This document shows, one piece after another, positions 8,549 through 17,865 of a DNA stretch of 52,968 nt. The stretch's first letter is position 1, and each line of letters starts with the position of its first letter. The stretch spans positions 1-52,968 of the forward strand of contig CAYJMO010000004.1 in NCBI GenBank assembly GCA_964371365.1, read 5' to 3'. Origin of the DNA: an uncultured Oscillospiraceae bacterium. Its GTDB lineage: Bacteria > Bacillota > Clostridia > Oscillospirales > Ruminococcaceae. The translations under genes and the position numbers were made by a program. A model generated the notes under the pieces. That model saw only the letters and a list, made by a program, of their open reading frames with translations, was not told the origin of the DNA and made no database searches.

Positions 8549-10306
8549 TTATTTTTTGTGACCTTTTTTATTGGAGTGCTTTGAGTGATGTTTGTGACCG
8601 TGGTGTTTCGAACCGCCATGTCGTTTTTCTTTTTTATCCTCACCTTTGTGGGAGCGTCGACCCTTTTCGACACGTTCCTCAAAATAATAGTCCACCGCTA
8701 CCGGTTTGCCGCAGATCTTGCAACCCTGCATCTTTGACAATACATCCTCTACAATGTCAACCGGAATACCGACAATGCTATAATCTTCGCCTATTGTGAT
8801 CTTGCCAATATCTTTGGAACTGATTCCGACACGCTCGGTAACCGCACCCACAATATGGTTCGGTGCAATACGCCCTGCTCTGCCACAAGAGATCGCGATA
8901 TTAATAAAATGTTGATCCGCGTTCTTGTTATGTTTGCCTTTATCGGCACGTTCGACGCCTCGTTCACGACCTCGATCACCTTTTTTGGATTTTGGCGGTG
9001 CGACATCTTTAAGATCGCCGAGCGCTGTGGAAAAACTTAAAGACATCAGGGCGGCCGCAATCTTGACTGCATCATGCCCTTCGTCAATAAGCGAAAGAAT
9101 AGTGTCGGTGTTTTCCGTACCTTGTTCCGTTGTAAGAAGTTCCCTTATGGCATCCAACCGCGCACTTTTGTTGTTTTTTATAATATCCGAAATGGTGGGG
9201 ATTTCCATCTGTGTTATCGTAGTCTTTACCGAAGCCGCAAGTCTTTGCACCTCCGATACTTGATTGTTGCTACAGCACAGTGTTATGGCATTGCCGTCTC
9301 GACCTGCCCTGCCTGTGCGTCCTATTCTATGCACATAGTATTCCTTCATTTTAGGGATATCGTAGTTAATTACATAGTCGATATCACTGACATCAATTCC
9401 ACGAGCCGCTACATCGGTCGCCACCAAAATGTTAACCTCGCCCCGTTTAAAGGAGTTCATGACCTTGGTGCGCTGTTGTTGCTTCATGTCACCGTGTAAC
9501 CCCTCCACAGAAAAGCCGCCTTCGCTCAAAATCTCGACAATTTCATCCACCATAGATTTGGTGTTTGAAAAAACAATCGACCTTCTTGGCTTGTATCTGT
9601 GGAACAACAGCTTCATTGTGTCGGCTTTTTGGTGTTTTGGGAGGTGAACATAACTCTGTTTTATGCTCTCGATAACCACATTGTCTTTGTTAATATCCAC
9701 ACTTACGGGATTGTTTAAAAACTGCTCCGCTATGGCTTTTATCCCTTTTGAAATTGTGGCGGAAAACAGCACAACCTGTCTTTGTTCCGGAACATCCTTT
9801 AAAATATGCTCAATATCCTCCTTAAAACCCATGTTGAGCATCTCGTCCGCCTCGTCAAGGATTACCATCTTGATATTGCCCAGCTTTAAGCTACCTCGTC
9901 TCATATGGTCCATGACACGTCCCGGGGTACCTATGACAAAATTAGCACTGCGCAGGGCTTTGAACTGTTTGTCATAGTTTGCACCACCGAGTATGTCGGC
10001 GGTCCTGACGGCAGGGGTATACTTTGCAAGCTTTCGTATCTCGTCGCCGCATTGCTGTGAGAGCTCACGGGTTGGGGAGAGCACCAACACTTGAGCTTTA
10101 TTAATCGTTGGGTCAATGCTTTGCACGGCGGGTATTCCGAATGCAATCGTCTTGCCGGTACCTGTTTGTGATTGCGCCAAAATATCGGCACCGGAAAAAA
10201 TAATCGGGATAGTCTGTGTCTGAACAGGTGTCGCCTCGGAAAAACCGAGGTCATCGAGTGCGCTGAGTATTTCGGGGGTTAGGTTTAGTTCATAAAAAGA
10301 TGGCAT
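8549..10306 (-). CDS. DEAD-box ATP-dependent RNA helicase with DbpA-like C-terminal RNA-binding domain and His/Lys-rich tail
   Basis: Q motif GFSEATPVQ, AQSQTGTGKT, DEAD (VILDEADEM), SAT, HRIGRTGRAG. The C-terminus is HKGEDKKEKRHGGSKHHGHKHHSKHSNKKGHKK. Confidence 0.9.
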   Translation of the reverse strand: MPSFYELNLTPEILSALDDLGFSEATPVQTQTIPIIFSGADILAQSQTGTGKTIAFGIPAVQSIDPTINKAQVLVLSPTRELSQQCGDEIRKLAKYTPAVRTADILGGANYDKQFKALRSANFVIGTPGRVMDHMRRGSLKLGNIKMVILDEADEMLNMGFKEDIEHILKDVPEQRQVVLFSATISKGIKAIAEQFLNNPVSVDINKDNVVIESIKQSYVHLPKHQKADTMKLLFHRYKPRRSIVFSNTKSMVDEIVEILSEGGFSVEGLHGDMKQQQRTKVMNSFKRGEVNILVATDVAARGIDVSDIDYVINYDIPKMKEYYVHRIGRTGRAGRDGNAITLCCSNNQVSEVQRLAASVKTTITQMEIPTISDIIKNNKSARLDAIRELLTTEQGTENTDTILSLIDEGHDAVKIAAALMSLSFSTALGDLKDVAPPKSKKGDRGRERGVERADKGKHNKNADQHFINIAISCGRAGRIAPNHIVGAVTERVGISSKDIGKITIGEDYSIVGIPVDIVEDVLSKMQGCKICGKPVAVDYYFEERVEKGRRSHKGEDKKEKRHGGSKHHGHKHHSKHSNKKGHKK

Positions 10307-10445
10307 TAGTTCCTCATTTCTCTTGTTGGAAGTTAAGTCGGCTGCAAAAAAATCCGCCGCAGTAATGACCGCGGCAGATAGACTTGAATTTTAAACGCAC
10401 ATATGTAACGTAAAAATAACTTTAACGCAATTTAACATTGTTACT

Positions 10446-10474
10446 ATTATACACCGAAAGGGAGGATAATGCAA
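10446..10474 (-). promoter_or_regulatory. Sigma-A promoter of the helicase gene
   Basis: The minus strand reads TTGCAT (10474-10469), 17 nt, then TATAAT (10451-10446). This implies a 5' UTR of about 130 nt. Confidence 0.55.
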
Positions 10475-10521
10475 TACCTTGATCTATATTCGTGAAAAAA
10501 CAGCCAATAATCCTACAACAT

Positions 10522-10550
10522 TTGACTATCCCCTTAAAATATGTTATATT
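10522..10550 (+). promoter_or_regulatory. Sigma-A promoter of the rfbC polysaccharide operon
   Basis: TTGACT (10522-10527), 17 nt, TATATT (10545-10550). Confidence 0.55.
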
Positions 10551-10584
10551 AGTATATATTTATTTATGTTTAAAAGGTATAGAG

Positions 10585-11148
10585 ATGTCGAACTTTTCAT
10601 TTGAGCCTACCCCTTTGCGCGATGCGGTGCTGATTACACCTAAACGCTTCGGGGACGAGCGTGGCTTTTTTATGGAGACCTATCGCCAAGAGGCATTTTG
10701 TGTCGGCGGTGTCGACGCCCGGTTTGTGCAGGATAACTGCTCACGCAGTACACGGGGAGTCCTGCGCGGTCTACATTTTCAAAAAAATGCTCCGCAGGGC
10801 AAACTTGTCCGTGTGACGACAGGAGAGGTGTTGGATGTTGCGGTCGACCTTCGTGTGAACAGCCCGAGCTTCGGCAAACACTTTGCGGTGCGCCTCTCGG
10901 CTGAAAATGGCGTGATGTTCTATGTGCCTGCCGGCTTTGCACATGGTTTTTGTGTGCTGTCCGAGGTAGCGGAATTTACCTACAAATGTACCGACTACTA
11001 CAACCCCAGTGATGAGGGCGGGATTATCTACAACGACAAAACACTCGGCATTGACTGGATGTTAGACGGTGAGTTGTCGCTCTCTGCTAAGGACTCGGCG
11101 CTCCCTACATTCAGTGAACAAGATTTTTCGTACTACAGTCATTTATGA
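10585..11148 (+). CDS. rfbC: dTDP-4-dehydrorhamnose 3,5-epimerase
   Basis: MSNFSFEPTPLRDAVLITPKRFGDERGFFMETY...RGLHFQ...KLVRV..GEVLDVAVDLR is the RmlC cupin signature. ATG 10585 lies downstream of a TTGACT-17-TATATT promoter. The track's N-terminal extension from 10492 crosses that promoter. Confidence 0.9.
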   Translation: MSNFSFEPTPLRDAVLITPKRFGDERGFFMETYRQEAFCVGGVDARFVQDNCSRSTRGVLRGLHFQKNAPQGKLVRVTTGEVLDVAVDLRVNSPSFGKHFAVRLSAENGVMFYVPAGFAHGFCVLSEVAEFTYKCTDYYNPSDEGGIIYNDKTLGIDWMLDGELSLSAKDSALPTFSEQDFSYYSHL

Positions 11149-11149
11149 G

Positions 11150-11947
11150 GTGAATTTGATTACCGCAAGATTACGACCATATTTTGAGGTTTTCGGTAGA
11201 TATACACCACTGCTGAGCCATCTTGTACAGCGTGATATAAAGCTCAAATACCGCCGCAGTGCGCTCGGTATTCTCTGGAGTCTTCTGTCACCGCTGTTGA
11301 TGATGGTGGTCATGTCGTTGGTGTTTTCCTTCTTTTTTCGTTTTGATATACCCAACTTTCCTGTCTATGTGCTGACAGGGCAGCTTATTTTCAATAACTT
11401 TAACGAGTCCACCACCGGCTCTATGTCCAGTATAATCGGTGCATCTCACCTGATACGACGCGTCTATATACCGAAGTATATATTCCCGTTGCAAAAGATA
11501 GTGTTCTCCTTTGTAAACCTGATGTTTTCTTTTATCGCACTCGTCATAGTGATGATTGTGACCGGTCAGCCGTTTACCTTTGCGACGCTGCTCTTTCCGG
11601 TGCCGATGGTGCTCCTCTTCTTTTTTGAACTCGGATGTGGTCTTATCCTCGCATCTCTCGCAGTATTTTTCCGCGATGTCATGCATTTTTATACCGTCTT
11701 TATCACCGCACTGACCTACCTCACTCCGCTTTTTTACCCTGTTGAAATACTGCCTGGTTCTATACAAACGCTCATAAAATTCAACCCTTTATACTGGTAT
11801 GTCACCATGTTTCGTCAGCCCATTCTTTATAGTGAAGTGCCTACTATCACCCAATTTATCCTATGTTCACTCTTTGCTTTGGTGGCACTGATTGTCGGTC
11901 TTGTTCTTTTCAAAAAAACTCAGGATAGGTTTATACTCTATGTCTAA
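11150..11947 (+). CDS. ABC-2 type polysaccharide/teichoic-acid export permease (Wzm/TagG/RgpC-like)
   Basis: Motif LVQRDIKLKYRRSALGILWSLLSPLLMM plus six TM segments. The start is uncertain (GTG 11150 or TTG 11156, just after the rfbC stop). Confidence 0.8.
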   Translation: MNLITARLRPYFEVFGRYTPLLSHLVQRDIKLKYRRSALGILWSLLSPLLMMVVMSLVFSFFFRFDIPNFPVYVLTGQLIFNNFNESTTGSMSSIIGASHLIRRVYIPKYIFPLQKIVFSFVNLMFSFIALVIVMIVTGQPFTFATLLFPVPMVLLFFFELGCGLILASLAVFFRDVMHFYTVFITALTYLTPLFYPVEILPGSIQTLIKFNPLYWYVTMFRQPILYSEVPTITQFILCSLFALVALIVGLVLFKKTQDRFILYV

Positions 11948-12704
11948 ATCACAAAATGTTGAAAATTCCGCCCCCCCGGTCGTGGAAGTGATCGGGGTAT
12001 CAATGCGCTTTAACCTCGCAAAAGAGAAGGTGGACAGCTTTAAGGAATATATGATAAAGCTGATAAAACGGCAGCTTAAATTTACCGAATTTTATGCCCT
12101 GACCGACGTGAGTATCACTGTCAATCGTGGGGAGATATTCGGCATTGTCGGTCTTAACGGAAGTGGCAAGAGCACCCTGTTAAAGGTGATTGCCGGCGTA
12201 TTTAAACCGACAACCGGCAGTGTCAAAATTCACGGGAACATTGCACCGCTCATAGAACTCGGTGCCGGCTTTGACCCCGATCTGACCGGTCGGGAGAACG
12301 TCTACCTCAACGGCTGTGTCCTCGGGTATAAAGAGGATTTTCTTCGTAATAAATTCGACGAAATTGTAGAGTTTTCCGAGCTTGCGGACATGATCGATGT
12401 GCCCATAAAGAACTACTCCTCCGGCATGGTCAGCCGTCTTGCTTTTGCCATAGCCACCGTTGTAGAACCGGACATCCTCATCTCGGACGAGGTTCTCTCG
12501 GTCGGTGACTTTTTGTTCACCCAAAAATGTGAAGCGAGGATAAACAGCCTGATTGAGAACGGCACAACCGTTCTTCTTGTCAGCCATGATATCAACCAGA
12601 TCGAGCGCATGTGTGACCGTGCCGCCTGGATAAAAAACGGCAAGATTGTGTTGGTAGGCTCAACCGAAGAGGTCTGTGAGACCTACAAGCATTCCACAAG
12701 ATAG
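11940..12704 (+). CDS. Polysaccharide/teichoic-acid export ABC ATP-binding protein (Wzt/TagH/RgpD-like)
   Basis: ATG 11940 overlaps the permease stop by 8 nt. Walker A GLNGSGKST, signature YSSGMVSRLAFA, Walker B ILISDEVLSVGD. Confidence 0.9.
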   Translation: MSKSQNVENSAPPVVEVIGVSMRFNLAKEKVDSFKEYMIKLIKRQLKFTEFYALTDVSITVNRGEIFGIVGLNGSGKSTLLKVIAGVFKPTTGSVKIHGNIAPLIELGAGFDPDLTGRENVYLNGCVLGYKEDFLRNKFDEIVEFSELADMIDVPIKNYSSGMVSRLAFAIATVVEPDILISDEVLSVGDFLFTQKCEARINSLIENGTTVLLVSHDINQIERMCDRAAWIKNGKIVLVGSTEEVCETYKHSTR

Positions 12705-14550
12705 GGGCGAGCAGTTGGAGCAAAAAGGACAGAGTAAAGACAGCGTATTAGCCGCGATAAAGCGCAACCTTTCCTTTAAAAGGCTGTCGCATAACCTGCG
12801 TCGAGTGCTAAACTGCCTCAAAACAAACGGTGTCGAGGCGACCTTTCGAGAGTTGAAATTTCGCGTTGCTCTTGCACTTCACTCCGAAATATGGATGTAT
12901 CGCGCCGACCTGCCACTCCGCCGAGAGCTCGCACATCAGCGCAAAACCCGCCTTGAAAAGGAACCGCTCGTGTCGGTGGTAGTGCCGCTTTTCAACCCAC
13001 CGCGTCGCTTTTTCCGTGAGATGTTGGACAGTGTCCTGCATCAAAGCTATCGCAATTTAGAGCTGATACTCGTCGACGCAGGGGACAGCGAGATGAGTTT
13101 AAAACTGCTTAAAGGATATAAAGATGCTCGAATTGTCTATCAAAAGATTGAGAATAACGGCATATCAGAGAATACAACAATAGGACTACGGCTTGCAAAG
13201 GGTGAGCTTATAACGTTACTCGACCATGATGACCTTCTCTACAAAAATGCACTTTTTGAGATGGTGTCGGCATATAACACCACCGGTGCAAAGGTTATCT
13301 ATAGCGACGAGATTATTCTGTCCGGCGACCTTAAAAAACTGAGGGAGTTCCATTTTAAGCCGGACTTCTCCCCCCACTATCTCGCCTGTTGTAACTATAT
13401 TACCCACCTATGTGTGTTTAGCTCGGATCTCATTGACCAAGTTGGTCGATACGAAAAATCAGACTATGAGGGTGCGGGTGATCACGACCTGATACTTCGA
13501 CTTTGTGAAAAAGCGAACCGAGTTCACCACATTCCGAAAATACTATATGTATGGCGTGGACATGATGGATCTACCGCATCTGATATGTCGGCGAAACCCT
13601 ATGCCGTTACCGCAGGAGCAAAGGCGATCACCGATCACCTTGACCGTATTGGTCAATCGGCCGATGTAACTCCCCAGAAACAGCATCCAGGCGCTTTCTA
13701 TCCGAGGTACAAAAAGGCGAGTGGCAGTGTGTCGGTGATAATACCGAACTATGAGCACAAAGAGGACCTCAAACGATGTCTTGACTCACTCTATGCCAAC
13801 TCCGGCATGGACGATCTTGAGGTTGTGGTGGTGGAAAACAACTCAAAATCAAGTGAGATTTTCGATTTTTATGACGAGGCGATCTCGACCTACAAAAACC
13901 TAAGGGTGGTAAAATACCCCGATAAATTCAACTTTTCTGCCGTCTGTAACCTCGGGGTTGAAAGCTCGATTGGGGAGCATATTCTACTGCTCAACAACGA
14001 TATTGAGGTCATATCGTCCGACTTTGTGCGGGAGATGCTGAGCTATTCCTGTATGGAAAATGTCGGTGCGGTAGGTGCAAAACTATACTATCCGGACGAG
14101 AAGATACAGCATGCCGGTGTGTTTGTCGGCATTAACAACAGCGCAGGACATTCCCACAAATCACATCCATCGTCGTCCGGCGGTGATATGTATCGACTTT
14201 GCACCACGCAGAATATGCTCGCTGTCACCGGCGCGGCGTTGATGATAAAACGAAAACTCTATATTGACCACAGTGGTCTAAACGAGAAAGACTTTGCGAT
14301 AGCGTTCAACGATGTCGACCTCTGTCTGCGCCTTTATCGCGACGGATATTATAATGTTATGACCCCGTTTGCCGTCGCATACCACCATGAAAGCCTGTCA
14401 AGAGGGCTGGACGTGGACGGGGAAAACAACCTTCGTTTTGAGAGAGAATTATCCAACCTACACAGCAGATACGCCGATATCTTTCGGGACGGCGACCCAT
14501 TTTATAACCCTCATCTGACCATGTTAGACGAGAGCTACGGGTGGAGATAG
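12676..14550 (+). CDS. Two-domain family 2 glycosyltransferase (rhamnan/polysaccharide polymerising type)
   Basis: There are two GT2 (GT-A) modules. The first is VSVVVPLFNPP...LILVDAGD...LDHDD. The second is VSVIIPNYEH...VVVVENNS...LLNNDIE. The start is uncertain (ATG 12676 overlapping the ATPase gene, or TTG 12715). Confidence 0.8.
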   Translation: MRPTSIPQDRGEQLEQKGQSKDSVLAAIKRNLSFKRLSHNLRRVLNCLKTNGVEATFRELKFRVALALHSEIWMYRADLPLRRELAHQRKTRLEKEPLVSVVVPLFNPPRRFFREMLDSVLHQSYRNLELILVDAGDSEMSLKLLKGYKDARIVYQKIENNGISENTTIGLRLAKGELITLLDHDDLLYKNALFEMVSAYNTTGAKVIYSDEIILSGDLKKLREFHFKPDFSPHYLACCNYITHLCVFSSDLIDQVGRYEKSDYEGAGDHDLILRLCEKANRVHHIPKILYVWRGHDGSTASDMSAKPYAVTAGAKAITDHLDRIGQSADVTPQKQHPGAFYPRYKKASGSVSVIIPNYEHKEDLKRCLDSLYANSGMDDLEVVVVENNSKSSEIFDFYDEAISTYKNLRVVKYPDKFNFSAVCNLGVESSIGEHILLLNNDIEVISSDFVREMLSYSCMENVGAVGAKLYYPDEKIQHAGVFVGINNSAGHSHKSHPSSSGGDMYRLCTTQNMLAVTGAALMIKRKLYIDHSGLNEKDFAIAFNDVDLCLRLYRDGYYNVMTPFAVAYHHESLSRGLDVDGENNLRFERELSNLHSRYADIFRDGDPFYNPHLTMLDESYGWR

Positions 14551-14601
14551 TATCTAAACACATTGTATAAAAATATTCTATATTACAGAAAGGACTGACC
14601 T

Positions 14602-16233
14602 ATGAAGTTGACATTTCTCGGCGCCGCCGGCATGGTCACCGGCAGTTGCACACTCTTGGAGCACGGCGAACTAAAACTGCTCATCGACTGCGGCATGTTT
14701 CAAGGTCGTGACCACGATCTTGTTCAGACACTGCCCTGCGATGCAGGTAATATTGATGCCGTAATCCTGACCCACAGCCACATTGACCACTCCGGTCACA
14801 TACCGATGTTGGTTAAGAACGGATTTAATGGCGCGATATATTCCACCTCCGCAACAAGACGCCTTGCCGAGTTGTTGCTGATGGACAGTGCCCATATTCA
14901 ACAGACAGAACTTAACTGGAAGAATAAAAAGCTGATCCGTGCAGGCAAACCGCCTCAAGAACCACTCTATGATGAAAAACATGTCAAGACGACTATCGGT
15001 CTGTTTCAAAGTGTTGACTACCGTACACCGCTGCAGATTGCACCGCAGATCACTCTCAAATTTTACGATGCGGGGCATCTGCTCGGCTCTTCCATAGTAG
15101 AGATAGAGCTGATTGATGACGAGGGGAAGAATAGACGTCTTATCTTTTCCGGCGACCTTGGCAACGACTCCCGACCATTGCTCTGCGACCCTGACCACGT
15201 GAGCGATGCCGACTGTGTTGTGATGGAGAGCACCTACGGCGGTCGAATTCACGAAGGTCTCGACAACACAAAGAAAGAGCTTGCGCGCCTTGTACGAGAG
15301 ACTTTTGAGCGTGGCGGAAAGGTGATAATTCCGGCATTTGCAGTCGGACGAACACAGGAAATTCTATACCACCTGCGTGAACTATATGACGAGGGTGCGT
15401 TTAAGGGCTTTGAGCATTGTCCGGTGTATGTAGACAGTCCGCTCGCGGTGGAGGCTACCCGCCTTTTTGAGGAGTATGCCGACAGCTATTTCGACGAGGA
15501 AACACGTTCCGTGCTCCGTCGAGGAGATGACCCTATCACCTTTGACCAGTTGACATTATCGGTCACCACCGCCGAATCGCGACAGATTAACAGCTATAAG
15601 GGCTCCTGTGTTATCATTTCCGCCTCCGGCATGTGCGATGCAGGCAGAATAAAGCACCACCTAAAATACAACCTTTATAACCCCAACAACACTATTGTTT
15701 TTGCCGGTTATCAGGCGGAGGGAACACTCGGCAGAAGACTGCTCGAGGGAGCGAAAAGGGTTAACATCTTTGGTGAGACGGTGTCGGTCAAGGCAAAGGT
15801 GACCAAGATCTCCGGCATATCGGCACATGCCGACCAGACCGCCTTAGTCAAATGGATTTCGGACTTTAAACCGTCGCCGCCAATCATCTTTTTAAACCAC
15901 GGTGATCCGGATGCTGTAGGTGCACTCGGTGCTCTTGTAAAGGAGAAAACCGGTGTCACACCGTTAAAGCCCTCCATCGGGGAAAGCTTTGAGCTTGACT
16001 TCTCCGGAACACCACAGCGTAAAGTCGCCGAAAGAATCGAGCCGTTGACCGATACGGTCAACGACACAGAAGTTAAGTTGATCGCCGATGCCGCACTGCT
16101 TAAACTCTATGCCGCCGCCGGTAAACTTCACTCAATCAGCGAGCTGGATGCAGACGGTGAGCGAGTCGATATAACCGCCGCCGCGAAGAAGATAGAGGAA
16201 CTGTGGGAACTGTTAAAGCAGAACGATAAATAA
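14602..16233 (+). CDS. MBL-fold beta-CASP family hydrolase (RNA-metabolising metallo-beta-lactamase)
   Basis: HSHIDHSG (HxHxDH), a later DAGHLLGSS, ESTYG, and the C-terminal ISGISAHADQ motif typical of beta-CASP. AAAGGA SD lies 7 nt before the ATG. Confidence 0.8.
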   Translation: MKLTFLGAAGMVTGSCTLLEHGELKLLIDCGMFQGRDHDLVQTLPCDAGNIDAVILTHSHIDHSGHIPMLVKNGFNGAIYSTSATRRLAELLLMDSAHIQQTELNWKNKKLIRAGKPPQEPLYDEKHVKTTIGLFQSVDYRTPLQIAPQITLKFYDAGHLLGSSIVEIELIDDEGKNRRLIFSGDLGNDSRPLLCDPDHVSDADCVVMESTYGGRIHEGLDNTKKELARLVRETFERGGKVIIPAFAVGRTQEILYHLRELYDEGAFKGFEHCPVYVDSPLAVEATRLFEEYADSYFDEETRSVLRRGDDPITFDQLTLSVTTAESRQINSYKGSCVIISASGMCDAGRIKHHLKYNLYNPNNTIVFAGYQAEGTLGRRLLEGAKRVNIFGETVSVKAKVTKISGISAHADQTALVKWISDFKPSPPIIFLNHGDPDAVGALGALVKEKTGVTPLKPSIGESFELDFSGTPQRKVAERIEPLTDTVNDTEVKLIADAALLKLYAAAGKLHSISELDADGERVDITAAAKKIEELWELLKQNDK

Positions 16234-16246
16234 TGGAGCAACGAGA

Positions 16247-16855
16247 ATGATAGCAATAATCGACTACCTTGCAGGGAATGCACCGAGCGTGCTCTCTGCT
16301 GTAAAAAAACTGGGCTACACCGCCACCCTTGCCGCCAAACCGGACGAGTTAAAAGGTGCGACCCATATCATACTGCCCGGTGTTGGGAGTGCAGGTGCAA
16401 CCATGCACTCACTTCGGCAATCCGGTTTTATCGAGCCACTCACCGAGTTGGTGTTGACCAATCAGGTCAATTTCCTCGGAGTGTGTGTCGGTATGCAGAT
16501 TTTATTTCAGCATAGCGAGGAGGAAGATGCCGATTGCCTTGGCTGGTTGACCGGCTCGGTCAACCGTTTTGACCAACCGGGTCAACGAGTGCCTCAGATG
16601 GGCTGGAACGAGGTTGAGTTTGTAAAGCCTGTAGGATTTACTGCCACGAACGACTATTTCTACTTTGTAAATTCCTACTACGCTGTGCCGAGCGAAGAGG
16701 GGGATATTTGGGGGAAAACAAGTTACGGCCATGAGTTCTGCTCCTGTGTCAACCGCGAAAACATCTTCGGCACTCAGTTCCATATTGAAAAGAGCGGTCC
16801 TGCCGGACTTGCGCTGTTGGATGGATTTCTCGGTAAAAAGGGAGCCCACGTTTGA
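16247..16855 (+). CDS. hisH: Imidazole glycerol phosphate synthase, glutamine amidotransferase subunit
   Basis: Class I GATase: nucleophile GVCVGMQ, PQMGWN, and FGTQFHIEKSG (His/Glu of the triad). Confidence 0.85.
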   Translation: MIAIIDYLAGNAPSVLSAVKKLGYTATLAAKPDELKGATHIILPGVGSAGATMHSLRQSGFIEPLTELVLTNQVNFLGVCVGMQILFQHSEEEDADCLGWLTGSVNRFDQPGQRVPQMGWNEVEFVKPVGFTATNDYFYFVNSYYAVPSEEGDIWGKTSYGHEFCSCVNRENIFGTQFHIEKSGPAGLALLDGFLGKKGAHV

Positions 16856-16941
16856 AAAATATTTTCAAACTTCGAGTTTTTTCCTTTCAAACGAAAAACG
16901 TTTGAGAAAAAAACACCAAGAAAGGAATGATCATAATAATG
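16850..16941 (+). repeat. Intergenic modular repeat, copy A (hisH|hisF)
   Basis: GTTTGAAAA-ATA-TTTTCAAAC hairpin (it includes the hisH stop), then TCAAACG-AAAAA-CGTTTGA, an A-run, and GAAAGGAATGATCATAATAATG. See findings. Confidence 0.8.
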
Positions 16942-17730
16942 CTTACAAAACGTTTGATAGCCTGCTTCGACGTGGTTAACGGTGTCGTGACCAAGGCACA
17001 ACAATTTAATGATAATATAGAGGTTGCGCCGGCGGAACAACTCGCGCAAAAGGTCTATGAGGACGGCATCGATGAACTTATATTCTTTGACATCAAGGCG
17101 AGCGCCGAAAAACGCCCCATCGACATCCAGATGGTCAAAAATGTTGCCGCGCATGTGTTTATTCCCTTTACGGTCGGCGGTGGCATCAAGACGCTGGACG
17201 ATATGTATATGACACTCAAAGCCGGTGCTGAAAAGATTAGTATCGACTCCATGGCAGTTAGAAATCCCGACATTATCACCGAGGGCGCGAAGGCTTTCGG
17301 CTCCCAGTGCATCGTCCTCTCCACTCAGGTCAAGTTTGTCGGTGTGAGCGATAAAATCCCGAGCGGATATGAGGTCTTTATCGACGGCGCGCGCCTTGCA
17401 ACCGGTCTTTGTGCAATGGAGTGGCTCAAACGTGGGGTGGAGCTCGGTGCAGGCGAGGTATGCCTGAACAGTATCGACAACGACGGCATGGTGAGCGGCT
17501 ACGAGATGAACATCACAAAGCGTGCGGCGGAGGAATTATCCGTCCCACTCATTGCATCGGGCGGTGCCGGCACACCGGAGCATATTGCAGAACTATTTAC
17601 CTCCTGCCCTGCCGGAGCGGCGATTATCAGCAGTATGCTATACTCGCCACGTCTTGCAAAAAACTACACTGTAGCGGAGATAAAAAAATATCTTACCGAC
17701 AAAAACATACACATGAGACCGGTAAAATAG
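16939..17730 (+). CDS. hisF: Imidazole glycerol phosphate synthase, cyclase subunit
   Basis: MLTKRLIACFDV...FFDIKAS...VGGGI...IASGGAG is the HisF (beta/alpha)8 pattern. ATG 16939 is preferred over in-frame ATG 16927, which directly abuts the AAAGGA SD. Confidence 0.85.
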   Translation: MLTKRLIACFDVVNGVVTKAQQFNDNIEVAPAEQLAQKVYEDGIDELIFFDIKASAEKRPIDIQMVKNVAAHVFIPFTVGGGIKTLDDMYMTLKAGAEKISIDSMAVRNPDIITEGAKAFGSQCIVLSTQVKFVGVSDKIPSGYEVFIDGARLATGLCAMEWLKRGVELGAGEVCLNSIDNDGMVSGYEMNITKRAAEELSVPLIASGGAGTPEHIAELFTSCPAGAAIISSMLYSPRLAKNYTVAEIKKYLTDKNIHMRPVK

Positions 17731-17747
17731 TAAAGAGGAGAGGATAA

Positions 17748-17865
17748 GTTTGAAAATAAAATTTCAAACTCTGAGTTTTATTCCTTTCAAACTGAATTCG
17801 TTTGAATTTCGTCACCTTGTGACGAAACCGGAAAAAACATCGAGAAAGGAATGGTCATAAAAATG
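17748..17865 (+). repeat. Intergenic modular repeat, copy B (hisF|mtnN)
   Basis: It has the same modules as copy A plus an extra 9-bp hairpin TTTCGTCAC-CTT-GTGACGAAA (17807-17827). It ends GAGAAAGGAATGGTCATAAAAATG. Confidence 0.8.

Noticed and set aside
10469-10495. A mini-ORF (MQYLDLYS) preceded by AAAGGGAGGA upstream of rfbC.
   Set aside because: SD-to-ATG spacing is only about 3 nt. The same bases form the -35 and spacer of a good minus-strand promoter for the helicase gene, which explains the sequence better.
11288-11767. Long antisense or alternative-frame ORFs inside well-supported genes. Examples are 11288-11767(-), 14671-15252(-), 20618-21205(+), 31047-31538(+), 40839-41432(+), 41451-42074(+), 48777-49346(+), 5628-6074(+) and 5732-6178(-).
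   Set aside because: Each lies entirely within a CDS that has clear family motifs on the other strand or frame. Their translations are Arg/Cys/His-rich or low-complexity, have no recognisable motifs, and have no SD at the start.
16850-16905. A CodY box (AATTTTCWGAAAATT) as the explanation for the TTTCAAAC-containing repeats near hisF.
   Set aside because: Only the TTTTCA half matches and the second half-site does not. The repeat is much longer and more modular than a single operator.
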